Below, piece after piece: positions 12,526 to 24,965 of a DNA stretch of 64,000 nt. The position numbers were made by a program, and so were the translations under genes. This DNA comes from Guillardia theta CCMP2712. Its lineage: Eukaryota; Protista; Cryptophyta. The notes beneath the pieces are model-generated. The model was not told the DNA's origin, made no database searches, and saw only the letters and a list, made by a program, of their open reading frames with translations. Location: contig NW_005434592.1 of assembly GCF_000315625.1 (NCBI RefSeq), positions 73,447 to 137,446 of the forward strand, read 5' to 3'. The first letter of the stretch is position 1; each line of letters starts with the position of its first letter.

Positions 12526-14350
12526 GGCGGCTACTGCATGTATCGGGCAGGGCAAGCGCAGGGGGTACCGGCCCGGCTTCTCAGTGTCTGCCGGCCCGGG
12601 GCTTGACTCCCCGGACCGACTTTGCACCCGGCCGTCGCACCCGGGCCGGTGCACGGGCTTCGGTGTCTGCCGAACTCCGAGCCGCGAACTCGTGCAGAGG
12701 TGCCCTGTGTGTGGTAAAGAAGACGTCACGGCCCATCAATTCTCAACTTTTATGAATCTATCTCACCCACCCACACTTTTTCAATATTGGAATGGTGTGG
12801 AGCAGGGGTACATGTTTATCGCCCCCTTTCCCTTATACGTGCTTGGTCAAATGTGGTCAAAGTTGTAGCAAAATCTGGGTGATATGGAGTGTTTTCGACT
12901 CTCAATTTGTTGAAAAATTGTTGTTTCTATTTGTATAACCTCGAAGATTACTCTTTTCAACAAAAAATCCTTTCTTTACCACAGAGAAACCTGTCACTAT
13001 TGCAGGGTACAGATAGAACATTCGCATACCACCTACCAGGTCATCAAGATACAAATCCTGGTATATGTACCGGTAGTGATAATCTTTCTCAGGACCCTAC
13101 CCTACTCATGACTTATCTTTGGGTTTATGAGTCGCACGAGAGAAGTTGAGTTGTGGGGTGCAGACGGTGCAGGTTGTACAACTTTTTAGTTTAGTCCTTG
13201 GAAGAAAGGGGGAGTCGGATAGGGTAGGGTGGGGTCAATCACGAGTTTAATGGCATGATTTCACTGTAGTACCGGCGATTGAACAGGAAAAATAACCGGT
13301 GGTTTGTAAACCCTACCCACTCTTCATCAAATACCAATCAACTACACCGGTTCATATCCTTTTGTGCCCCTCTGATGACAGGACCCTTATTTCTTACTTG
13401 GAAAGCTCTCACTGGTAGGGTCCATCACCCCCACCCACTGATGGTTGCTACAAGGCGTGGGTCATCACCACATGTCAGTTTCGAATTCGAAAATGAGTTC
13501 CCCCACCCTACCCCTGGCTTCAGTTTTGATCCCTACCCCGTACCATCCATCAAGACTACCCACCCTCAAATCACCTGAGCGGGACCCAAGGTTAGACTCT
13601 CACAAGTAAAGACAGTACGGCCCTCCTTGCATATTCTCTAAGTCGATCATTATAGTAAAATTGGTTAGCATACCACATATCAGCCCGAAAGTACCCCATC
13701 CACACGTCCATCAATCAACTCTGCAGGGTGGTATATTGTCAGATATCTCTTATGTTCGCTGCAGTTAATATGGCAGTATCTCTTATCCCAGCAATCAAAG
13801 TACCCCCACCCCTTACCCCTGAAAATCAATTTCTTCAACCCCCAATGATAGACAGTAAATTAACCCTACCCTTGATTTTTCTCCTTCTCACTACCCACCC
13901 GTCTTTGGTTTGCCAAGGATCCCTCTACCCCAGGATTTAATATTCCCCAGCCTTTGTGCCGCCTGGTGCCGAGGTACCCCACCACCCCATTCTGCACACC
14001 GGACTCAGGAGAGCACCCCTCCCTTGTATGTATACTACCCTACCCCACATTTGGCACTTATACCCCTCCCGCTCTCACAGCCCCTCAGGAATCTGTCCGT
14101 CCTTCCTGTTGTGCTTCGCTACCTTGCTCTTCCTCTGCTTGCCCATTGTCGCTGGAACAAGTCTCTCCTTGCTGTCTCGTTCATATCAGCAGACTCTTTC
14201 ATCCGGTAGCTCCAACGAGCTCCTCTTTGAAGGGTTTGAGTCTAGCCTCCCCCTGAAACTCCTTCGCGCCTGCATTACCGCCGTTGTCATTTAGCACAGG
14301 ACTCACGCTGTACATTTTGCAATCTTTCTTGTTACCACAAGCCTTGAAGG

Positions 14351-15121
14351 ATGTCTTTTTGCAAGAGCCAAGTCGATGTTGAAATGGAAGATGTATCCGC
14401 CCCCCCCGGACCTGTTAGCCAGGCATCAATTCAAATGAGTGCTACGCAGGAGCATCAAGGCAGAACCGGGTTGGAGCATACTTTCCCTATCGAGCAACAC
14501 GGCATCTGCATGAGGGGACTGGTTCAGGCGATGAAGCTCGATGCCCAAAAGCAGGAGCAACTTGTCGAGGTCATCGCCTGTGTTCTGGATTGCACTGTTG
14601 CACGGAACGATTCGAATGGAAGGAAGTCGGACCTGGTGGCTTTCGAAGGAAGTCATGCTCCCATCGCAGCCTCTGCATATGTCCGGCGCATCAACAGATA
14701 TGGTGGGTGCAGCCCGTGCTGCTTTGCTGTGGGTTTAATGTACCTCGAACGGTTGAAGAGGAGGAACCACAGTGTATGTTTGAACTCCTGCAACTTCCAG
14801 AGGCTGTACCTGGTGGCAGTGATGACTGCTGCGAAGTTCTTGGACGACTTCTACTACTCCAACAAGCACTGGGCTGAGGTTGGTGGGATCAGCCTGCAGG
14901 AGCTGAACTGCCTCGAGCTCGAGTTTCTGTTCCGGATGGGGTTCGGCCTGAACATCACCCGCGAGGATTACGAGTCTTACTTCACGATGCTCGTTGGTAA
15001 TGGAAGCCCGGCCGCACAGGGTCAGGCAGCAAATGCTCAGGGAAAGAAGGAGGATGGGATGGGCCACAAGGCCCTTTCATGGTGCGATGTGACCAATGCG
15101 ATCACAAGCATGGCCCACTGA
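14351..15121 (+). CDS. Cyclin, PHO80-like / cyclin P(U) family
   Basis: YVRRINRYGGCSPCCFAVGLMYLERL...NFQRLYLVAVMTAAKFLDDFYYSNKHWAEVGGISLQELNCLELEFL is the typical cyclin P/U box. Confidence 0.92.
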   Translation: MSFCKSQVDVEMEDVSAPPGPVSQASIQMSATQEHQGRTGLEHTFPIEQHGICMRGLVQAMKLDAQKQEQLVEVIACVLDCTVARNDSNGRKSDLVAFEGSHAPIAASAYVRRINRYGGCSPCCFAVGLMYLERLKRRNHSVCLNSCNFQRLYLVAVMTAAKFLDDFYYSNKHWAEVGGISLQELNCLELEFLFRMGFGLNITREDYESYFTMLVGNGSPAAQGQAANAQGKKEDGMGHKALSWCDVTNAITSMAH

Positions 15122-15443
15122 AAAGTTGGGCTTGTGAGCACAGCAACGAATGGATCAGACGAACAAATGACCCCAAGGGAATGTTCAACTAAGAGGACCT
15201 CTAACACAGTCTTCTACCTCTGTCACATTACCACAAATTGTACTCGACACTCGACACTTGTCCACCATGATCTTGAAGTGGTAAAGACTTACCACTCTCA
15301 ACCCTCTTCAGCTTCGTAGCCTTCATAATGTATTCTTTTCTTTTTTTTAAGGTTAGGTCATCAATGTATTTCAAAAAGTCAATAAAAAGTTTCATTACTC
15401 ATGAAGATGTCGGGATCTACTCGTCAGTGAACAATTGTGCGTT

Positions 15444-17094
15444 TTAATTTACATCGTCTTGATTCTGGATCAGCATTCGGGCATCATCATCGCAGTTGTG
15501 ACTTGTGTCCACACAGCCTTGGTCGTCTTGCAAGGTGACTTGAGCACTTTCTATATCCAAAGACCGATGAGGTTCCCCACGAGCGTGGTAAATGAATAGT
15601 CCCACTACCGTAGACACGAAGGAAACATAATACCAGGAAGAAGGATTTTCCTGCAACCCACGTTTCACTTCTTGGCGAGCAGGAGGGGAGGCAGCGGCAT
15701 ACCTTGAGGACTGAAACTCCGAAGGCCACTGCCCAGAAGTCGGACGTGAGGATGGAAATGTTGAGGAACGCTGCTCCGGTTCGTAGAAGGACCTGCGAGA
15801 AGTTTAAATTGATTGAAAGATAACAGACAACAGAGTGCAGGACTGGGACAAATATTTGACAGCATCAAGCGTGGGACGGCGACAAGCATTCGGCCATGTT
15901 TGCCATATTTGTGAAGTGAACATGATTTGACATGCAAGGCAGAAGGGCAAGCATATCACCTGGGGTACGATCGTATAAATGGAACAGAGGCAGAAAACGA
16001 AGGCAAAGATTAATCCCACGTCTATTCCACTCCACTGCAGTGAAGGTCATCGGATCTTGAGGGCGTTAACTTGTGATGGAAGAGTTACCGAATAGTTTGC
16101 AATTTCTTCTCTTTCAAGAGCAAGAACTTGTACCGAAGAAACCAAAGCTCCGAGCACCTTCGACAGCAGCATGAGGTAAGAAACCAGATGCAACCAAGGT
16201 ATTACCCCAATGATTGCTACAACAAGCTGCCATCCATACCGGCAGACGAGCTCTTCCTGAATGTTCATCGCGTCAGAGAGACAACTTCTTGCCCCGCCAC
16301 AAAGACCTGCAAGACGTTGGACACACCATACAAGGAAGCGGCGATGATGGTGAGAGAATCCCCCAGTATGACGGAGCCATTCCCTGCTCCTGCCTCCTCA
16401 GCCTTGCTGAAGTCGATGAGGACGAGGGTGAAGAGTCCTCCGAGGGCAAAGGCAACTCCTATGCCGTGAGTGATGGTGTACCGGGAGCCTGCCAGCCCGT
16501 CAGTCCACGTTGCATTCACTTCACATGACAACCAAGGTTGAGGTACGAGAGGAGCATTACGGTCGGGATGGTGAAGCAATCCAACAGAGTGATGCTGCAT
16601 ACAAGCATGAGTGAGATGAGATGAGAACACAGATCTGCGATGACCTGATAATGGATGTATATTGGTATGCTTTCACTATCAGATAGTTGGCCTCAACATC
16701 CGCCTGATCAAGTTTGTCAAGATGAAGCTTTGCGAAGCAGGCTCCCAATACCAAGACAAGGATGGCGAACTTGATCATGGTTGACTTGTCGTGTTTCCAT
16801 GACAGGTCATGATGATGCCGTCCTTTCAGAAGATACCAGGAGCCATAAGCCACCGCAAGGAATGCATAGTTGAGGCAACTCATGAACATCGGTGCTTCGA
16901 AACCTCTGCAACGAATGAGAAGTAGTGATGTAAGAAAAGTGTACTTCAATCAAGTAGATAGTAGAATAGAAGCAATCAAAATCACGTATTCACCTGTGAA
17001 CCAGCAGCGCCGATGTCACGCTCGTCCCAACCAGGAGCAGCGACACGAACTGTCCAGTCAGGACTGCCAGGGCCGGTCGAGCGCACGGCACCAT
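15444..17094 (-). CDS. SLC35F1/F2-like EamA/DMT transporter (multi-exon)
   Basis: Exon motifs GQFVSLLLVGT, ADVEANYLIVKAYQYTSI, GDSLTIIAASLYGVSNVLQ; terminal TM WYYVSFVSTVVGLFIY. Confidence 0.85.
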
Positions 17095-17481
17095 AACCAC
17101 AAATCGTGGAGTTGTGGGCAGCGATTTCTTGCTCACTACGTAGACCACAATCGCAGTTGCTACTGTCTGTATCCAATATGACTATGCACAATCACTTGAG
17201 GGCTGCCTGGCCCAAGCCTCTACCTCATTTTTCAAGTACCGTCATGTCGTACAGGGGTACCATCATCGTCGCATCGTCGTCGCGTCGTCTTCTCTATGCA
17301 TGTGCTCCCCTCTGTCCATCTTCCTCTCACTCGATCTCTGACCTCCTCCTCCTCCTCCTCCTCCTCCCCCCACTACATGCGTCTGCTGCATCATGCCATA
17401 GCGCAATGCTTGTCCCTCGTCCCCACTTTGTCCCTTTTGCTAGAATAGTTGAGTGATATTTTTTGCCCCCACAAACGCGAT

Positions 17482-18322
17482 CATGGTCGGGCGTCCCTGT
17501 GTAGCCTTACCCCCTCCCTCTCCTCCTCCTCCTCCTCCTTGCTTGCTTGCTTGCTTGCTTGCAACTCTCCTTTCTCTAACTTCCCCTTCCCCTACCTCTC
17601 TTGTGATCCTCGCATCTTCACGCTCGCTTCCCTCCCTTGCTGCGGCATCAGTTACTTTATTCGTCTCTCCGTGTGTTTTCACCTAGCGGTTCCTTTCTCT
17701 TACCGTGATCTCTCACTTCCCTGCCTCCTCATCACTCATTCTCAATGAGTTTCGCATCTTCTCCTTGTCGTGTGCTGCTGCTGTTGGCATCACGACCAAC
17801 AACTTCGCTCATTCCTCTTTCAGTCGATGCAGGCGCTGAGGAGAAGTTTGCAGTCTGCCATCGCGAGGAGATTTTTGTCTTCAAATGCAAGATTATCTTC
17901 GTTCCCCCGCCGCGTCTACTGATCCACCCTCCTTTCCAGGATCCTTCCCTTCCATCCGTTCCTGAGATCAAGGCAACGGCAGAGCAGATCAGAGCGAGCG
18001 AGAGCATGACAGGTGGAGGAAAGGGACCAGAGTGCCGGGGCTGACGAGTTCCATACAGGCATGCAGGATGTGCGACAAGAAGTGAACCGTGTGATGGCGA
18101 ACCCAGGTGTGCGCAAGGGTCAAGAGACTAGCTGACTGCGACTGTTGCCAGAGATCAACGGTTGCCCGGTGCCTCTGGATTTCTCGTCAGGCGGGAAGAC
18201 GAAAGGATACAGCAGGAAGGTTGTGAATGCGCTAAGGTCGATGTCAAGACTGTGATTGACTTTTCTTGCAGTTTGCCGAAAACTGGGATCAAATAGTCAA
18301 GAATTCAAAGAAGGAGAGATAA
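17482..18322 (+). CDS. Small multi-exon hypothetical protein
   Basis: GT-AG splicing joins DPSLPSVPEIKATAEQIRASESMT/GMQDVRQEVNRVMANP/EINGCPVPLDFSSGGKTKGYSRK/FAENWDQIVKNSKKER*. Start is uncertain. Confidence 0.5.
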
Positions 18323-18546
18323 AGCGCTCGAGGAGTTGCTGCTTTGCTGTACTGTGTTATAATTGCTGGGAGGTACGTGGGAACTTAAGAAGAGGGGAGA
18401 AAGAAGTTGCAGAATCCAAAGTCTGGTCGTGAGTGTGCTTGTATGGGTTGAACCCAGGTTCCCAATCAGAGGAATTCCCGTCGAGCCGATGGGGAGCTGT
18501 AGTCGTGAGGTCCCAAGGTCAAAGTGGGAGGAGCATGCGGCTCGTC

Positions 18547-20223
18547 CTATCGCTTCTTCTGCTGGGCCTCGTAGTGCTTCCTCCACCCGAAGTAGAATCC
18601 CCCGATGGTGTTGATGATCAGACCTACAGCCTGCATATTCTCCACCTGCATCGTTGTCAGGTTGCAGGGGGGAGGGGGGAAAGTGGGAAGGACTGACGTG
18701 GAAATGAAAGCATTGGGGGGGGGGGAGGGGGGTTGCTGGGGATCAGGCAAGGAGACTCGGGGAGGATTGAGAGAGTATAGATGAGACTAAAGGAGTGAAG
18801 GAGGATAGAATTGAGGATAGAAGGAATTAGAGACGTTTGTGAGTCCGAGGGGAGCCTGAACTGGCTGACCTTAGTTCCGAAGAAAATTATACCCAAGGAG
18901 CTTGACAGAGCCATCTTCATCTGCCCAACCACCTGCTCTTGGGGTGAGAAGGAGCTAACAGAGACGGTCATACCGTAGTCGTGAGGGCCGAGCTGTACTT
19001 GGTGCAGAGGTACTGAGAGAAGCCTGTTGGAGGGAGGAGTGAGCTCGCGGCAGGTAAGGCTGTTCCAACTCACCAAGAGTCGAGCCTGCTGCCGATGATC
19101 CTACAAGTGCGAGCCAGAACCAGTAGCTGCCCCACTTTGGGAACGATACGATCCTGTCTGCGAATGGGAAAGAGCATAGTAAGACATTGACGGGTCAAGG
19201 CTGAGTTGTACCAAGATCCCCCGAAGCGATGATATAAACTGTCAAGATGGGTATGGGAACGATGCTGTTTGCAACCAGAATCTCGTCCGACGATGATCCG
19301 AGCTGATTGCAGAATTTCTTGACGAGGGTGAGGTAGAGCGCGTTAAGGCAGCAGGAAGCCAGGGCCCAGGCGTAGCTCAGCGGCGCGAACTCGAGGTCGT
19401 GCAGTGCTGCGATGACAGCTCCTCCTGCTATCATGGCCACCGCGAACTGAATCTGCAAGGAGGAGTACTGCTTAAGGACCAGCGCCTCCATCACCAGCGT
19501 CACCATCGACGTCAGACGTTTGAGTGCGTTGTACATGGGGACATTGAGGCCTTCCAAGCTCGACACAGCAACGAAGGTGTTGATGGTGGACACAAGGGAT
19601 AGCGGCCACAGTCTGCGTATGATGCCGACGACGTTCCTGGAGGACTTCCTGGTGAGGATCTCTGCCGACATTAGCGCACACCGCTCCAACAGCATCATGA
19701 ATGGTAAGAACTTGAAGCTGAAGCCCGAGACCACCTGCTTGGTAAGGATGGTTGCAGCCACTGAGACGAAGCCATAGAGCAGCGCTGCGAGCAGCGGGAT
19801 CGCAAACTCGAAAGCGCTGGGGAGTGCTTCCTGCCATGGCACCCACGATTCAAACGAGAGGAGTAAGGGAATGACAAAAAATGCTCTTTGATGGAATGTG
19901 AAGGATGGTGTCACAACAGACTAGTAGCAACTACAATGTTGCTGCAGTGCACATACAAGAGTATCTTCCTATCCTGCTCTTGCTCTTGCTCCAACCTCCG
20001 CTCATCCCTCCTGTGATTGTTAGTTCCTCCCCACTTTCATGGTTGCCTCCTGCCTGGTCGAACTTTCATCCTAACCATAGCCACTCCCCTTCTCTTGTGT
20101 CAGGTTTCCCTCCTCCTCCCTCCCTCTCCTTCTCCTCCCTCTCTCCTCCTCCCTCCCTTCCCTGACCCTGCCCCCCCCTCCTCTACTGGGCATGACTCGC
20201 CTGACCTTCAGCTTTGGCGCCAT
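18547..20223 (-). CDS. Nucleotide-sugar transporter (SLC35D/TPT superfamily), multi-exon
   Basis: LNVPMYNALKRLT, AALHDLEF, YAWALASCCLNALYLTLVKK, VVGQMK, and terminal GLIINTIGGFYFGWRK...KKR*. Confidence 0.85.
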
Positions 20224-20733
20224 GGTTGATTCCGAGCTGGGGTGGGGTTCAACCCAGTCATATTTGGGGTGGTGAAATAGAAAAGGGGGGTAGTGGAGTC
20301 TGCCCGATCGGCGAGGGGAAGTTCGATGGCAGGGAGAAGGAGAGAGAGGAAGGATGGAGAGGAAGGAGGGAGAGAAAGGAGAGAGGGAGGATGGAGAGGA
20401 AGGAGGAAGAGGAAGGAGGAAGAGGAAGCAAAGATGTGGAGTTTGAGGAAAGGATGACACAGGCAAGAAGACGTGGTGCGGGCATTGAACAGCGGGAAGG
20501 GAGCGCTGTAAGCCTCGGAAATGTCAAGTTGAGCTCGAGCGACCTGCCGTTGTGTTGCAGAGTGTATTCAACTCCTGAAACAGCTGAACGCGCAGCTGCA
20601 GGGCAGAAACACAGAGAAAGCGCAAGGGCAGAGGGTGTCATACCAACAACACGGGTGTGAAGAACCCGAGCTGCTGGTTCCCATAGCAGTGTTCCAGTAG
20701 AGTATTGTGATGTATTAATTGAAACAATATTCC

Positions 20734-21525
20734 TCACTCCGTCTTCTGCTTTGCTCCGGGCGTCTCTTCATCTTCAACCTCCTCGATGCAGCAGCAACAG
20801 AGGAGACTGACCAGGTAATCAAACAGCAAGATGCAGGCGTACGCCATGGACGAATACATAGCAACCCTCCCGTGCTCAGTGTTCAATGCATTCATGGAGA
20901 TCCAGTTGGAGAGGTTGTTCGAAGGTCTCTCTACTGGTTTACACAGCAGCCATTTGATCGTCAAGCCATACCATATGAGCAAACAGACTGATACCAACCC
21001 TGGGAACAGTAAGAACATCCTGTTGCAAAGCCAGTCAGCCCCCCTGGACAAGTTGGTATTGAATGACAACCTGGGACTCCCGACATTCGCCCAGATCGAG
21101 TATGACAAGCAAAAATTTACAAAGCCCGTGGCTCCCATCCAAAAGATGAAGTTCCTCGTCGGGTCCCCGATATCCTCACCATCAAACCTTGGGAATGCGC
21201 AGAAGCTGCTTCCGCGGTTGCAGCTGTTGCAGCAGCAATCTGTACACTGAGATTCAAGTCAAACGACAGCATGATGAAGTATTTCCTCTGCTATCTCTCA
21301 CGCTGCCGACTCTCCATACTTCACATGCTCACAAACACTCACCGTGGCGAATTTAAACAGCCAGTACGCGATCATAATGAGCGCTACAGACCCGAGCGTG
21401 ATGCCGACATTCACCATCGCATAGTAGAAGTTGACAATGAAGTCTCTCCAGGAACCATCCTCCTCCTCCTCCCCCTCTTCCTCCTCCTCCTCCTCCTCCT
21501 TACGCTTGCTATCCTCCCCTGTCAT
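20734..21525 (-). CDS. Cys-rich multi-pass membrane protein, hypothetical
   Basis: Exon 1 has an acidic N-terminus and TM ending FKFAT|gtgagt. Exon 2 has CTDCCCNSC, three hydrophobic segments, CCCC and an acidic tail. Confidence 0.55.
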
Positions 21526-22044
21526 GGCTCTGCTTCCCAAGTGACCTCTGGTTCAAGCCCGCTCCAGAGCTTCACCAGGGCCCATCTCGTCACCAGTTCA
21601 CTAGGTAGAAAAACTACTGCGATAGTTTCTGTCTTTACAAAAGTAATATGTGATACCGTGAGGCGAGCTCGTGGGGGTAGTTTTTGAATCTTTTCACGGC
21701 TGCCCTGCCATGGCGGGAAGAACGGGGGCCAGACGAGAGTATGTGAGGGGCCGGCGGCGGAAGAAGATGGCGGGAGCGCAGGGATCAGCACTCGATGCAT
21801 CAATATGAGCTGCTGTGTGCATATGAGAGGGAAAGGAATGAGAGACCTGGCTGTCCTCGCGCTGACCGTCTTGCTCCTCCCTTCACCCTCCATCCCCTCC
21901 ACAGAGGTAAGATGGTAACTTGACGCTACATAGCATCGATGACCCCTTCCATCAGCATCCTCGGAGGGTCTCTGTCCCGGGGCAAGATCCTTGCTGCATC
22001 AGGGCACATAGGCTCATCATCCCCCTTCGTGGGGGTCTCGCGAG

Positions 22045-23660
22045 CATGACCACGGACACGGAGAGGATGGTATGGGACCAGGACATGGAGCGGTTTGCAG
22101 CGCAGGTGTGACTTGCATGCCATAGCCTGTGTTGTAGTTGACCAGTGTTGCTTCTCCCGCAGATGTCAACGACACCAGTCAGGATGATGGGCTCAACTCC
22201 GACAGCCCGATACCCCTCAACGCCCTACACGCAGGTACGAGAGGGGATCTAGTGCCCAGCCGCTGACTCTCGACCTTCCTTTAGCAGCCTTCTCTGCAAG
22301 CAGAAGCGGAGATGCTGTTCCGTCATGCCTTCTTCCTGACTCATTACAGGTTGAACTATCAACACGCAAGACAGGTTCAGTACATGATGTCGTTTTGGCT
22401 AGTGACCGTTGTCCCACTATGTAGCTCCTGGAGAGAGTGCTGCGGTTGAATCCCAACCACGTTCCTGCTCTCTCAACCTACGGCTTCCTACTCTACCTCG
22501 CCTACAATGATTACGATCAGGCTGAAGGTGAAGTGAGCTTGTCTTGCACCGTCTCTTACCCTCCGCTCTATTGTTCCCCTTGACTCTCCCCGAAGAAACA
22601 TTTCGGAGGGCCTTGATGATCGAGCCCGAGCATCTCCTTTCGAGGCTTCAGCTGGACGTGGTGAGTGGTATCCACTTTGTGTCGTGCTTGCGTGATGGGA
22701 AGGGATAAGGTCCGATGCTTGAAACGAGCTTCCTCCTTCTCGTCCTCTTCCTCCGTTACTGCTGGGACCTCCTCCTCTATTCCCATGCCAACAGGAATGG
22801 ACCCTTATCGAGGCATGAGTGCAGCATACCCTCCCATGATGAACTCGATACCTCTCACTCCCAGCTATCCTCCTCCTCTACCCGGCAACCCGCCAGCCCC
22901 TCCTTACGACTACTCGGGCATGAAGCAAACCCCGCAGCAGAGCATGATGTTTCAACACCCCGCAAACTTCCCCCGCGGCTTTCCTTCTGCAGCTCAGAGC
23001 ACACCGACTCTTGCCCAGCAGCCTCTCGAGCTGCGTCAGCAGCCTCCAGACGAGGCGAGATACGAGCAGCAGCTTCCTCCAAGCTCGCAGATGGCGCAGG
23101 AGGAGCGATACCCGAAGCTTTCTTCTCGAAAGTCTGGCTACACGGATGACGAGGAAAGCATGGCGGCTGTTCCCCAGCAGGTGGTGGTGAGCTCTCCGGC
23201 TGCGTCTGCCCTGAAGCCTCAGAAGCCTCAGGCATCCGGCGGGTATGAAGCGCAGAGGGCAAAGGAGGAAAGTTCGGCTCCCCCTTCCTCCCGAGCTCAG
23301 CCCCAGCTGGTTGAAAAGGAGGAGGAGGAGGAGGAGGAGGAAGAGGCGGACGAAGGAGAGTTTGTGCCTCCTCCACCAGGGGATCAGCCGGAGGATTGCC
23401 CAGCTACCCTTCAAGAGAGAGTCAAGTCGTCGAAATGGAACATCAGGGCATACGGACTACAGGCATGAAGCTGCTCTGCTTCCTCGTCTCTTGACTCTCC
23501 CTTCCTCTTCCTGCTCTCTCTCTCTCCATCTGCTCTCAGCTGACATGCCGTGACAGGAGCTAGCATACAATCTCTACACCTCAAGACAACAGTCAGCCCC
23601 TCTCCCCCTCTCTGCTCTTGTTCTTCCTCATCCTCGTCCTCGTCCTCGTCCTCGTCCTCA

Positions 23661-23748
<88 letters not shown>

Positions 23749-23749
23749 T

Positions 23750-23790
<41 letters not shown>

Positions 23791-24686
23791 TGTCCTTGTC
23801 CTCGTCCTTGTCCTCGTCCTTATCCTGGTTCTGGTCCTGGTCCTGACTCTCACTCACAGGGGCAAGGCTATCGCAGGCAGCGAGTGGGAAGAAACGTCAT
23901 CCCTCATTCAAGGGGGGCTCGCCGACATCAACGTCAACGTGCAGGAGAGGTCGCTTGAGGCAGCTCGGGTCTTCCTTGAAACTGCTCCTCCTGAAGTCTC
24001 TTGCTCTAGAGCCCTCCAGCCCCAGCTGACCTCGACCTGCAGGCCTGTCAGCAATTCTCCTCAGCCTCAGCTGAGCAGGTGGTCAAGAAGGGCTTCGCCT
24101 CTCCCAAGACTTCTGCCAAGACGCAGCAGCTTGTCCTCAAGATGATCGAAGCCGATTGCTCCTCCTCCGTGATTCCTGTGCTCGTGTAAGGCCTGCGTCC
24201 TCTTCCTCCCTCCCACCCTTCCTTCACCCTCTCCCTCCTTCCCTTCCCCCCCTCCCTCCTGTCTTTATCCTCCTCCTCTCTCGTTGGCTCTTCCAGCTTG
24301 CTTTCTCTTGCCTGCAAGACCTCGGATCTCTTCCCCTGCGTTCTTCTTCTCCTTCTGCTCAGTGCCAGCGAGTGATTCAATACCTCCAGCACCTGCATGA
24401 CCTGGAAGCATGCGAAGACAGCAGCAGCGTGTGTTGAGACTGCTCTCAAGGCCCTGGAGCTCTTTGGAGCTGAGGTAGACAATGGGAAGGAGGGAGGATG
24501 GAAGGGAGGGGGGCGGAGGAAGGAGGCAGGGAGGAAGGAGGCAGGTGACGGTGGAGCAAGGGTGTTGAAAAGCTCTTGGTGTCCAGGTGATCAATGCAAG
24601 AAATTGTCTTCTCCCGGCTTGCGTGGAGATCTTCGACAGCAACGTTCCTCAGGTTTCTTTCTCCTCTCGATATTATTCTCGTTCTT

Positions 24687-24718
<32 letters not shown>

Positions 24719-24914
24719 TTGTTTTTCGTTGTCCTCGACTGCAACACTTCTTGTCGTCCTTACGGGCTTCAGGTTCGAAGTCTGGCACTTCCTCTCGCTG
24801 TTGCTCTCGTTCAGCATCTGGTAAAGCTCTACCTCCTCTCACCCCTTCCCTCTCTCCTCCTTTCCTTGCCCCCTCCTCCTGCCACTTTTCTTCCTCCTGC
24901 CTTCCCTTGCTCAC

Positions 24915-24965
<51 letters not shown>

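Noticed and set aside
20831-21250. 139-aa plus-strand ORF
   Set aside because: It is the antisense shadow of a minus-strand gene that has clear TM segments and splice sites.
23411-24145. Poly-DE, poly-S, poly-RT and poly-LV ORFs (similar ones at 59885-60472 and 61903-62563)
   Set aside because: They are translations of microsatellites, intronic at 23.6 and 62.3 kb.
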